Source: Macrostomum hystrix
Taxonomy: Eukaryota; Animalia; Platyhelminthes
Assembly (NCBI GenBank): GCA_950097015.1
Contig: CATNEN010000001.1
Location: forward strand, 11,098,001 to 11,162,000
Length of the DNA: 64,000 nt
Reading direction: 5' to 3'
Positions 22,801 to 34,769 of the stretch are shown here, piece after piece (positions within the stretch are counted from its first letter, which is position 1; each line of letters opens with the position of its first letter). Under the pieces are notes generated by a model. The model was not told where the DNA came from. It saw only the letters and a program-made list of their open reading frames with translations, and searched no databases. Position numbers and translations under genes: made by a program.

Positions 22801-25800
22801 GCCACTACTAGGGAGGAGCCACTACAAGGGAGGAGCCACTACAAGAGTGGAGCCACTACTAGGGAGGAGTCACTACAAGGGAGGAGCGAATACAAGAGAG
22901 GAGCCACTACTAGGGAGGAGCGAATACAAGAGAGGAGTCACTGCAAGGGAGGAGCGAATGCAAGAGAGGAGCCACTACTAGGGAGGAGCCACTACAAGAG
23001 TGGAGCCACTACAAGAGTGGAGCCACTACAAGGGAGGAGCCACTACAAGGGAGGAGCGAATAAAAGAGAGGAGCCACTACTAGGGAGGAGCCACTACTAG
23101 GGAGGAGCCACTACAAGGGAGGAGCCACTACAAGAGTGGAGCCACTACTAGGGAGGAGTCACTACAAGGGAGGAGCGAATACAAGAGTGGAGCCACTACT
23201 AGGGAGGAGCGAATACAAGAGAGGAGTCACTACAAGGGAGGAGCGAATGCAAGAGAGGAGCCACTACAAGGGAGAAGCGAATACAAGAGAGGAGTCACTA
23301 CAAGGGAGGAGCCACTACAAGGGAGAAGCGAATACAAGAGAGGAGTCACTACAAGGGAGGAGCCACTACAAGGGAGAAGCGAATACAAGAGAGGAGCCAC
23401 TACTAGGGAGGAGCGAATACAAGAGAGGAGTCACTACAAGGGAGGAGCCACTACAAGGGAGAAGCGAATACAAGAGAGGAGCCACTACAAGGGAGGAGCG
23501 AATACAAGAGAGGAGCCACTACAAGGGAGGAGTCACTACAAGGGAGAAGCGAATACAAGAGAGGAGCCACTACTAGGGAGGAGCCACTACTAGGGAGGAG
23601 CCACTACTAGGGAGGAGCCACTACTAGGGAGGAGCCACTACAACGGAGGAGTCACTACAAGAGTGGAGCCATTACAAGGGAGGAGCCACTACAAGAGTGG
23701 AGCCATTACAAGGGAGGAGCCACTACAAGGGAGGAGCGAATACAAGAGAGGAGCCACTACAAGAGTGGAGCCACTACAAGAGTGGAGCCACTACAAGGGA
23801 GGAGCCACTACAAGAGAGGAGCCACTACTAGGGAGGAGCCACTACAAGGGAGAAGTCACTACAAGGGAGGAGCGAATACAAGAGAGGAGCCACTACAAGG
23901 GAGGAGTGAATACAAGAGTGGAGCCACTACAAGAGTGGAGCCACTACAAGAGTGGAGCCACTACAAGGGAGGAGCCACTACAAGGGAGGAGCGAATAAAA
24001 GAGAGGAGCCACTACTAGGGAGGAGCGAATAAAAGAGAGGAGCCACTACTAGGGAGGAGCCACTACAAGGGAGGAGCCACTACAAGAGTGGAGCCACTAC
24101 TAGGGAGGAGTCACTACAAGGGAGGAGCGAATACAAGAGAGGAGCCACTACTAGGGAGGAGCGAATACAAGAGAGGAGTCACTGCAAGGGAGGAGCGAAT
24201 GCAAGAGAGGAGCCACTACTAGGGAGGAGCCACTACAAGAGTGGAGCCACTACAAGAGTGGAGCCACTACAAGGGAGGAGCGAATAAAAGAGAGGAGCCA
24301 CTACTAGGGAGGAGCCACTACTAGGGAGGAGCCACTACAAGGGAGGAGCCACTACAAGAGTGGAGCCACTACAAGAGTGGAGCCACTACTAGGGAGGAGT
24401 CACTACAAGGGAGGAGCGAATACAAGAGAGGAGCCACTACTAGGGAGGAGCGAATACAAGAGAGGAGTCACTACAAGGGAGGAGCGAATGCAAGAGAGGA
24501 GCCACTACAAGGGAGAAGCGAATACAAGAGAGGAGTCACTACAAGGGAGGAGCCACTACAAGGGAGGAGCGAATACAAGAGAGGAGTCACTACAAGGGAG
24601 GAGCCACTACTAGGGAGGAGCGAATACAAGAGAGGAGCCACTACAAGGGAGGAGCCACTACAAGGGAGGAGCCACTACTAGGGAGGAGCGAATACAAGGG
24701 AGGAGTCACTACAAGGGAGGAGCGAATGCAAGAGAGGAGCCACTACAAGGGAGAAGCGAATACAAGAGAGGAGCCACTACTAGGGAGGAGCGAATACAAG
24801 AGAGGAGTCACTACAAGGGAGGAGCCACTACAAGGGAGAAGCGAATACAAGAGAGGAGCCACTACAAGGGAGGAGCGAATACAAGAGAGGAGCCACTACA
24901 AGGGAGGAGCCACTACTAGGGAGGAGCCACTACTAGGGAGGAGCCACTACAACGGAGGAGTCACTACAAGAGTGGAGCCATTACAAGGGAGGAGCCACTA
25001 CAAGAGTGGAGCCATTACAAGGGAGGAGCCACTACAAGGGAAGAGTGAATACAAGAGAGGAGCCACTACAAGAGTGGAGCCACTACAAGGGAGGAGCGAA
25101 TACAAGAGAGGAGCCACTACAAGGGAGGAGTCACTACAAGGGGAGAACCACTACAAGGGAGGAGCCACTACAAGAGAGACGCCACTACCGCGCCACTAAA
25201 AGGAAGGATGCGCAGGGTGGGGCGCCCTTTGCCCCACCCTGGCTACGCCCCTGGCAATATGTACGAGTATGTAACGACTAACGAATTTTAACGAGTTGTT
25301 TAACATTTAATAATCGTTGCTAATTCAAAGTACTGCAAACATATTTTTATGTCGATTGTGACAAATCTAGTCGTTGCCTTCGTACATCGCTTCTGTACAT
25401 ACTAAAAAGGATCTAAACGACTTCACATATGCTGGTATTATTTTACAATGCGATGCGGAGGTAAAAGTCTGAGAAACCAGTTCATAGAACTTTCAGTACA
25501 TGTAAATCTCAACAGTCTGTTCTCACCTTGTCACCGCATCTTTGACCGCATCGCTGACACCCTTCGAAATAGTTCCGGGCAGTTCTGGCAGAGTTCGATG
25601 GTTCACAACCGTGTACAGCAGATCCCCGACTCTGTCTATGGCCACCAGGTTTCGCTTCAGGCCGTTCTTCCACTCGGTTAGGTTGATTTTGGCTTCCACT
25701 GGCGGCCCGCCGTGGGCGTTCACCGTTGTCTTCTGAACACTGGTCCGATAGCCTTTCAGCTCTTCGTTCGTTACCACCAGGCTTGACGACTCCCCGGCGC

Positions 25801-28002
25801 TGTATATAGAGAAGAAGTCCACGCTCATGCACTGGCTGATCTTGTTCCTTGTGTAGCCGGACTTTGTCAGCGAGTTGTAATTGAAATAGTCCAGCTTTTC
25901 TAGCAAAGCCCCGGCATCTATCGACGTGATAACATGAGTTCCAAAGTCGCGAACAAGCAGATCGGATAGGTACCTGGAGCATTTGTCACATGATTTTACA
26001 TAAAATAGCGATCCGTTTCTAACTAGCTTGTACCACAAGCTGCTCATTCTGATGCTCATTAATAATAATAATATTATTATTATTAACTAAGATTAAGATT
26101 AATAATATTATAATATTATTAGCTAATAATAATACTATTGCAGGAGGGCTGCAGGCAACGGCACATCATTTGGTTATCATTGGGTGCTATTCTGCCCATT
26201 ACACAGACTCCTTAGCACACACGCACATTAATACTGTACGCAGGCACACGCCCACACAGGTGTGTACATCTGTCCTGACTATCTCATCGTCAGGCAGTGT
26301 GCACTCTCATTACTGTTCCTTGGAGGTTGGCCCTTGGAGCTCCCATGCCTTCTATCCGCGGCTGCGCCCCAAATGAATGTGGCCTCGCCGCGGAATCGAG
26401 CTCGCCGCGGTGTAAGAGACAAACGCATTAACCGCTCTGCCACTCACCCCCCTCAGCTGAGACTTAACTGGGATTGAAATCTTTAACACGAAAATGGCAG
26501 TTGCATGAGTCGGTTCTCACCTTGCCTGTGCAGTGAGGTTCTGCGCTACGGCGCCGCCGATGCTCATCAGGCGAGCCTTGAATACCTGGCTAAGCCGGAA
26601 GTCTGGAAGCATCCGAGCCACGTAGATGTCGTATCGCTGCTTGGTTTGCCCAATCTGTGTACTGCTGTACAATGCTGTCCTCTTGACCTCCTGAAACTCC
26701 TGGCTGAACTTGCCGTCAATGCCGAACAGGCCGCCGAAGAATGAACCGCCGCCTCCGGCGTTGACACTGCGGCTAGTTGAGCTGACGTAGCTCTCATAGT
26801 GCTCAATGATATTGGACATCAGGCTGACCCGGGACTCCTTCAGCGGGTAGGCGATCACCTGGTCGGGTATGGCATACAAGCCGTCCACAGTGAGCTGGCA
26901 GTCGCCGCTTAGAGAGACGTCAGCGACAGGACCCATCTCGCGATTGCGCAGGTTGTCCCATCCACTGCCTGAGGAGTTTAGGTGAGTTGAGTTGGGATTT
27001 CAGCTATTGCTTGGAATGCAGGAACCAGTAATGGAGGATATCTAGCTAATCTATTCACTGACAGTGTGCAATGGATTGCTAATCTATGCACTGACAGTGT
27101 GCAATGGATTGCTAATCTATGCACTGACAGTGTGTAATGGATTGCTAATATATGCACTGACAGTGTGTAATGGATTGCTAATCTATGCACTGACAGTGTG
27201 TAATGGATTGCTAATCTATGCACTGACAGTGTGTAATGGATTGCTAATCTATGCACTGACAGTGTGTAATGGATTGCTAATCTATGAACTGACAGTGTGT
27301 AATGGATTGCTAATCTATGCACTGACAGTGTGTAATGGATTGCTAATCTATGAACTGACAGTGGGCTATGGATTGCTAATCTATGCACTGACTGTGTGTA
27401 ATGGATTGCTAGCCTATGCACTGATTGGCAAAGAAATGGAATGGATTGCTAGTCTATGCACTGATTGGTAAAGAAATTGAATGGATTGCTAGCCTGTGCA
27501 CTGACTGGTGAAGAAATGGAATGGATTGCTAGCCTATGCACTGATTGGTGAAGAAATGGAATGGATTGCTAGCCTGTGCACTGACTGGTGAAGAAATGGA
27601 ATGGATTGCTAGCCTATGCACTGATTGGTATAGAAATTGAATGGATTGCTAGCCTGTGCACTGACTGGTGAAGAAATGGAATGGATTGCTAGCCTGTGCA
27701 CTGATTGGTATAGAAATTGAATGGATTGCTAGTCTAGCACTGATTGGTATAGAAATTGAATGGATTGCTAGCCTGTGCACTGACTGGTGAAGAAATGGAA
27801 TGGATTGCTAGCCTATGCACTGATTGGTATAGAAACGGAATGGATCTAGAAGAGCAACTTGAGTTGCTAATGACTCACCTGGTAGGACTGGAAAGCTGTT
27901 GATCTTGTTGCTTCCAACCGTCCATGGGCAGATCTTCGGCGTTTCAGCAGATGCTGCCGCCCCAACACAGCTGATTAGCAGCACAATTAATAATTGTACC
28001 AT
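16891..28002 (-). CDS. MPEG1: MPEG1 / perforin-2-like MACPF pore-forming protein, six exons, 705 aa
   Basis: join(28002..27879, 26968..26521, 25973..25527, 18956..18719, 18607..18570, 17713..16891) = 2118 nt, all GT-AG and phase-consistent. It encodes a signal peptide, VLPGSGWDNLRN, MACPF FGTHVITSIDAGA, GC..PESPNF..ANV, NFSFGGVYQTC, YSCPDGY, LFGGAYS..VNNPM, PLGGFFSCGFGNPL, CPDGFTQ and a C-terminal TM helix followed by RRRQRRRR. Confidence 0.93.
17763..18365. repeat. 16-bp minisatellite (CTCATCTCTCCCGTGT)n in MPEG1 intron 5
   Basis: Direct tandem repeats that decay towards 18360. Confidence 0.95.
19099..25253. mobile_element. Non-autonomous DNA transposon (hAT-like CAG termini) enclosing a minisatellite
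   Basis: Left end CAGTGACGTAGCCAGG (19099). The right end CCTGGCTACGCCCCTG (ends 25253) has reverse complement CAGGGGCGTAGCCAGG, a 14/16 match. No clear 8-bp TSD. Confidence 0.65.
19230..25190. repeat. 17-bp minisatellite (GGGAGGAGCCACTACAA)n, about 6 kb, MPEG1 intron 3
   Basis: About 350 tandem units, with variants such as GAGTGGAG, GCGAATAC and CTACTAG. Confidence 0.97.
26137..26452 (-). mobile_element. tRNA-derived SINE family B, MPEG1 intron 2
   Basis: Reverse complement of the 29200 and 35305 copies, with an (AAT)n tail on its left. Confidence 0.88.
27045..27845. repeat. Two-phase minisatellite (33-bp units, then 40-bp units), MPEG1 intron 1
   Basis: ATGGATTGCTAATCTATGCACTGACAGTGTGTA repeats to about 27400, then ATGGATTGCTAGCCTATGCACTGATTGGTGAAGAAATGGA. 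Confidence 0.95.
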
Positions 28003-28914
28003 TAGCGTCTTCAAAAACTGCAGATTGCAACGAAAAACTAATTTTAAGATTTTCAATCACCATCGGTGAAAGGAAATTTTGATGGGCCTAGGAAATTTCT
28101 CTGTGGTGGTATTTATAACAAATTTAGGTAAAAATGAGTCATTTCGATATTTTTGGATATCCTTCTTGTGATTAGGATGCCACTTGTACTTTTATGACAG
28201 ACAGAAGCACGTGTGCCACCTGCGATGCGAAACTCTGTTGTTTGGACTTTTATCAGAATTAACAAGCGATGTTGATAACTGATGCCACTGAAGACCATGA
28301 CAAAATTGTTTATTTTTGTGCCTATCTTTAAGACAACCTTTTACATCTGACGCTTCGATAATTGTTGCCAATGACTAAATTTGAAACAAAGATATGGGGA
28401 GTGTTCATAATAACTGTGAATCTATAGATAGAAATGACATAATTGGCAAAATATATTTTCCAGTTTCAGTAACTTTGGTGTTTCGCTCGCCTGTTTTGGT
28501 TTCATCCGTTTCTCGTTTGGCTTTTTATTTAAACACAGTTTTTACAGTTGCTGAAAACGCAAGTCGATAATTTGTTGCGACGCAAATTAGCAATAAAGAA
28601 TTAATTAATTTCGGAATAAAAACTCGAAAAATGTAAATTCAACAGTAAAAGTGAAGTAGATTCGGATAGCCTTGAAAAAAGTGGTAATGACGAGTCTGGA
28701 AGTTATGCGCACTTTTTCAAAACAGGAGCAACCAATGATAGTCTCATAAGCATTTTTCATTGGTAATTTCCCGTGTTGCCTACACAATCAATCACATGGT
28801 GCATACTGTAGTTCTATAGACATATCAATCGCATTGCGTCCTTCGTACGCACTGAATCAGAAAAGTTCTCAAATTGATAGTTTAGAATAGAACGAACTCC
28901 GAATTCTCTCTCTC

Positions 28915-31355
28915 TCAAGATTCTTGACCCCAGACCCACTGAACGTCCAGCATCTTGACTTTGCACTTGCGGCACTGGTTCAGCCGAACGAATTCCTTGC
29001 TCTGGGTGTCGCACATTTTGTGCTGCAGGGTCTTGACGTCGCGACACTTCGGACAGCTGACCTGGATGTTCCAAGGAAACTTCTGGCTGCCACACATCAG
29101 GCAGCGGTTGGTCTTGACCAAGGCCACTCTCAGGTGGATTTGAGCGTCTCTGTTCAAGCGTTGATACCTGGATTTTAATTGGGATGTATGCTCCTAATTG
29201 GGGGTTCGGTGGCAGAGCGGTTATCGCGTTTGCCTCTCGCACCAAGGTCCCTAAGTTCGATTCCACGACGAGGCCGCATTCATTTGGGGCGCAGCCGCCG
29301 AGAGAAGGCTTGGGGGCTTGTGCAATTCACGCCCTTGAGGGCCAACCTCCAAAGCACAGTGAAATGTACACTGCCTGACGATGAGAAAGTCAGGGCAGAA
29401 GTACACACCTGTGTGAGCGTATGCCTGCGTACAGTATCTGTGTGCGTGTGTGCACTGGAGTCAGTGAAATGGGCAGAATTGCCTCCTCGCTGGCTGCGGG
29501 TCTAGTGTCACTAAGTGATGTGCCACTGCACGCGGCCCTCCTGCAATTATTATTATTGTTTATGCTCCTAATTACTTTATACTCGTACTCTGCATTAATA
29601 GTGCTCATTCAATAATGACTATGAGAGCAGTGACATAGCTCTTATTAGTATCAACTACACCTATGACTGAGCAGTGTAATGTGAGGTTGAGTTGTGTCAT
29701 CGTAAGAGACTGAGCACTCTCATCATAAGAGACTGAGCACTCTCATCATAAGAGACTGAGCACTCTCATCATAAGAGACTGAGCACTCTCATCATAAGAG
29801 ACTGAGCACTCTCATCATAAGAGACTGAGCACTCTCATCATAAGAGACTGAGCACTCTCATCATAAGAGACTGAGCACTCTCATCATAAGAGACTGAGCA
29901 CTCTCATCATAAGAGACTGAGCACTCTCATCATAAGAGACTGAGCACTCTCATCATAAGAGACTGTCAGCATAAGAGACGGTGACATCAGAGACCCAGAG
30001 ACAGTCCAAGGAAGCCTACCAAGGATCCTGCTCCAACTGCTGAGGGTTGACCTCGCGTAGCAGTTCGAGGCACAAAGTGTAGAAGATCTCCTCTAGCTCG
30101 GGCACTCCCTTCAGCCGCAGACACGCGTAGTGACGCAACACATTGGAAGGCCGCACATCTTCGCGGAGGGCAATCAGGCATCTGTCCCAGAGGAAGCTGA
30201 CGTGAAATCGGCGACTTAGCGCCAGCAGGCTGACCACGTTGTTAGTGTTGACAGTTTTCTCCTCTTGAAGCAGGCCCTGCGGCTGCAGCGCCAGCAGGAA
30301 CTCGTACATGTCTTCGTAGCTGGCATCCTCAATCTCCAGGCGATCATCCGGCTGCTGCTGTTGCTTCTTGCCATCGGGCGCCCCCGGTTTGCCCAGGGGA
30401 CCGCGACCGGCTTTGCCTCCGCCTGGGGCCGCGCCGCGAATCCCAGCGTCGCCCTTGCCACCGTTTTTGCCCTTCTTGACAGCTGGAGGTGGGCAGATGT
30501 GGACAGTATTCAAATATTTGACGCGACAATTCGAAGTCATGCGTCAACTAAAGTGAAACCCCAACTAAGACGGTGCGCCAGTGGTTGCAAAGGAGACTAT
30601 CTGCCCATTCCGCTGACTCCTGAGCACAAGCGCACGCATGTACATCTGCCCTGACTTTCTCATCCTCAGGCAGTGTACGAGCGTACACTCTCACTTTGCC
30701 TTTGGGGGGATGATTGACCTCGTAATAAGTGACCTCGTGAGTTCGAGCTCCAGGACCGCGGGGCGAGAGGAAAACTCGTTAGAACACTATTCCACTTACC
30801 CCATGCGTTATATCTGTCAGAAAGGATCTTAACTTGTTGGTGAAGACAGGGCCTAGGCTGTTAGACATAAAATAAAACCGTTGTTAGGCAGCAACTAAAA
30901 GGTTACTAATTCTGCATATTTTTATTACTAAAAACTGATGAAACGTGCGTGACGCCTTTTTGAACATCTGTTATTGGACGCATTGAGGTACCACAAAAAA
31001 GTCTTAGACACAAAAACGCCAACGTGAGCCACCCCGTCGATCACTAACGCTGGTTAAGTTCGGCGATCATGCGACGAAACACGGGCGAAACGCTGGCCAA
31101 ATGCGCCGCATTGGCGTACAGCTCCTTGCCGTCAATAACCAGAGTGATCTGGCGCCACTCCGCAGTCTCCTGGTCCCTCTCGGCTGGGTCGACCCTGGCG
31201 GACAGAAGCGCGCTCTCCCGCGTCTGTCCAGTCTCCCACGCTTCAATCGACTGCAACGGCGTTGACTGGTCGTCCTGCTTGAGGCCGCCGCGACTTCCCG
31301 ACAGGCCGTTGTTGGCGTCGGCGTTGGACCCGAATCCTGGTCGGATGTTCGCCAT
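28915..31355 (-). CDS. BTB/POZ domain protein with C-terminal Cys-rich putative zinc-binding region, three exons, 340 aa
   Basis: join(31355..31049, 30482..30020, 29167..28915) = 1023 nt, phase-consistent. BTB motifs ITLVIDGKELYANAAHLASVSPVFRRM, LEIEDASYEDMYEFL and NVVSLLALSRRFHV. The C-terminus carries CLMC, CPKC and CRKC. Confidence 0.85.
29200..29558 (+). mobile_element. tRNA-derived SINE family B, full length
   Basis: A box TGGCAGAGCGG, B box GTTCGATTCC, conserved body, (ATT)n tail. Confidence 0.9.
29703..29965. repeat. 23-bp minisatellite (TAAGAGACTGAGCACTCTCATCA) x about 11
   Basis: Identical tandem units with no spacers. Confidence 0.95.
30597..30770 (-). mobile_element. SINE family B fragment
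   Basis: CTGCCCATTCCGCTGACTCCTGAGCACA and TGTACATCTGCCCTGACTTTCTCATC match the family in reverse. Confidence 0.8.
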
Positions 31356-31999
31356 TTTCGTCGTTCCTACTGGCGGTCGTCTATTGACAGAGTGACTGTA
31401 CTGCTAATGTTTTGCTAGCTTTCGCTGTACGTGAAGCTGGCTTGAGCTCTCAGTTTAGTCTATTAATTTAATATCTTCTAAACTAGCGCCCACCAACCTC
31501 GAGACACTCAGCTCGGTTGCCAAGCATTTCGTTAGCCAATTGTCAGCGGCGTGTTGTGAGTGTGCGCGCATTTTAGTTTCTGAGTCTCTCATTTAGCTCT
31601 GGTTAAATGGCCCTCACCGTGTGTCACACGTTTTGTTTCGTTTTTATATATTTTTATCTTTCTGTAGAAGAGATGGCGCAGAATAGCTCAGAAAGAATTG
31701 TCGAGTGTACGCACAGCTTAGGCTGTGTTTTGGGGGTGTCGTTCTCACAGTGAGGAAACACAATTTGCACTTGAGCACACTCATTGAAATATATCATACC
31801 CACCCCGCTTTAACTCCAAACAAAGTTGACAGCTGATGGTGGAAAAGGCTTATATATTTATATAGCTATAGGAAACACAAACTACTAAAGCAAGACGCAG
31901 GACCCTCGATTCGCGGATAGTCTAGAATATTGTCTATGGCCAAATCATATGCACGCACAGTATTTAGCAGTATAGAGACAGTTTTCACGGACATCGCCC

Positions 32000-32470
32000 A
32001 AAACATTCAACCAATCAGCCATTCGACCAGCCATAAAAATCTGGACCAAGGGCTACAATTTTCCGCTTTATCCTATCAAACAGCTTTCTGAATCACAAAA
32101 ACGTACCGGCATCGTCGAGATATTCAACGATTCCCATCGGGGTGTCTGGTGGCAAAAACCAACAATTTAGGCACAATTATTTCTGCTCAAAATTTAAACT
32201 TTTCGTTTTTGAACCAACATGGATTCGTCATAGGCTTATACAGAACAATGTTTAGTTATCCTTGTCACCAGGATCTCCGGCAAGAACTGCTGAATATCTT
32301 GACGATGCTGACGTCGGACGGCTTTGAAAGTTAGTTCATCGAAAAGAGTGGAAAATGTAGATCCATTTGGTGGACTTTTTGGAAAATCAGTCATTCGATT
32401 TGGGAGCCATCGAGAAGTAGGTAGTGGGTGTTTGAAATATCCCCGTTGTTTTTCCCAAGGGGGGAATAAG
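32000..32470. mobile_element. Old palindromic MITE/foldback-like element
   Basis: GCATCGTCGAGATATTC (about 32109) is near-reverse-complementary to GAATATCTTGACGATGC (about 32292). CTACAATTTTCC (about 32053) pairs with GGAAAATGTAG (about 32350). The right arm recurs at 44548-44785. Confidence 0.6.
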
Positions 32471-34769
32471 CGTGGCATTTCTACAGGTGTAAGAAAGTGC
32501 GTTAATCAGGTAGCACAGTGCTTATAATTTTCCTATTTCGGAATTCAATGTCTGAAAAATTCGCATTACAAATCCATGCATTTATGGATGGATGCATGGA
32601 TCCATCCTACAATTTCTCTCAAAAGCCGCGCATTGTAGCAAGTCACCCATACTTCAAAATCGAACGAAACGAACCAAATGCCAGACCAAATTAGATTATT
32701 CGTTTCGCAAAATAAAGCAACATAATCAAATATATTAGCCAACATGACACCAAAATATGGGCGTCAAGAACTTTGTTAGATGACAAAGAAACAAGTGGAC
32801 TACGAGTGGACTCGTATTATTATCATTTACTGTTGCTAAAGCTAATTTAGACCCATCTATTGTAAATATGACTGTAATTGTTACGCAGTAAAAATCAGTA
32901 TAATAATCGGTATAACAATTTTATCGCAAATATTTTCATACCATTAAACAAAGCAAATTACACAAATAGACAACCACAGAAAAGTTAGCAAAACAGCTTT
33001 TGTATTCTGCGAAGTGTCATTTTTGCTTTCAACTTTTTTTAATTCACATCTCTAAACAACGTTTTTTAACTAGTCTTCGATCTGGTGATTATGAAATTAT
33101 GAACGCACGTCGCAGAACTGCTGGAAATAATTGCCGTATTTTGCTTCAATTAAGACATGCAACAGATGCAGCGAAGGGTCGAAGTGTGACCATTTATCTG
33201 CGAAAAAGCGACGAGTAAAGCTACGGAAAAACGACAACAAGCAATGAGACAGACGCAAACAAAACACAAGGAAAATTGTGAATAGACGCCCCAAAGCAGA
33301 AGAGAATTTACAAAGAAGAGACCAGCCAGCAACAGATTCATGTTGAAGTGTATCGTAAACATTGTGCTGCAAAAACAGAGAGCAAAACGACAGCCAACGG
33401 CTTTGGACATAATTATAAAAAAAATTCATAAAGCTTTTTCGCACAGACAGTCAGAGTATATTAGTGGAACATAAATTGTTTCTGACTTTCACGATAAGGT
33501 GCAAAGGGTTATTAGTAAAAGTAATTTGGCATGTACAGACTATGTAAGAAGAGGGCAGTACAGATCATCTTGATGTTTAATTTTTGTGACAGTTTGACAA
33601 TAACAGTTTAGGGAATCTACTTTGATCAACAGAAATTTGATTTAATGCAGATTCGCTGGAGATTCAATTAGTTTATTTCGCGAATATCTGAATTAAAAAA
33701 GCAACTACTTTCAGAGTAACTAAATATATATTAAAATACCATTGGGAGTATTGATAAAAATAAATAATTCGTTTTTACAGAGTAAACTGACAATGACAAT
33801 GAGTTAAGAGTTAAATGACAATGATTTTTTAGTTATAATTTCGTTATCATCTAAATTAAAACGAGTTTTGTTTTGAAAGTCCAAAAAATAATTTTTATGA
33901 TACAAAATAAAAGTTCGTAAAAAGATAAATGACAACAACCAATTAATATGTACTAATTACCGAAAATGAAAAACTTTTCTTTGCATTTTTAATTAAAAGA
34001 AGCGAGTAGCTTTTCAAGTTTAAATTAGAAAACTATACGTTAAATAAAGGTTCCACTTCAGCGAAAAAATGAAATTTAATTTACAAAGAAACTGCAAAAT
34101 GAAAGAAACTATTAGATTTTGTCCCAAATGGGCACGATTCACAACAGACGCAAACAAATTTCTATACTGCAAGGTTTGTAACACGGAAACAAATACGCCA
34201 CTACTTTCGGTGCAAAAAGTACAAAATAAAACTCGCATGAATTAGCAAGAGACAACAGTAAAAAAACTGTAGCGCACGCACTACTCAACAGTAGTTTAAA
34301 GCTTCGATAAATTTTAGAAATAATACGAGCGTATGTCACTAGCGAACGATGAATTTTGGTATTGATGATAGCCTTATCAACAGCCTGAAGCGGTCAATTG
34401 CAGCATTTAAAGCGCTTTAGAAAGCAGAAAAAATATGAGAGTCGATAATCGAGTCACGGTTACCAAATTTTAGTTGATTGGAGTTTGAAAATAATATTTT
34501 TTTAATACAGATTATACAATTTTCTTGGATTTTTACGAAGAATCACGCTTTAAACTATTACCTCTTCCATTAAAGTGTGTTACGGCAGACGGAAAGTAAC
34601 GATTTAGAATTGAGAATGCTAGATTTTTATCCTGTTTTCATATCTATCACAATAGACGAGCTACGAATTTTTACGAACTAGAAAGTTTCTACGAATCACA
34701 ATAGACGACACACAAATATGCTTGTATGCGACCAAATCTTATCGGAAAGCATCGGAGTACCAACAGACC

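Noticed and set aside
19123-25281. Many EEPLQGRSHY ORFs, and similar ORFs at 17.8, 41.8, 43.1, 45.9, 49.3 and 51.6 kb
   Set aside because: These are translations of tandem repeats whose unit length is not a multiple of three, so the same peptide appears in all frames.
29365-29405. Hammerhead ribozyme in SINE B (CTGACGA..GAAA)
   Set aside because: There is no room for stems II and III. The segment folds more simply as one hairpin, and the core varies between copies.
29703-29965. CRISPR-like array
   Set aside because: The repeats abut with no unique spacers, there are no cas genes, and the context is a eukaryotic intron.
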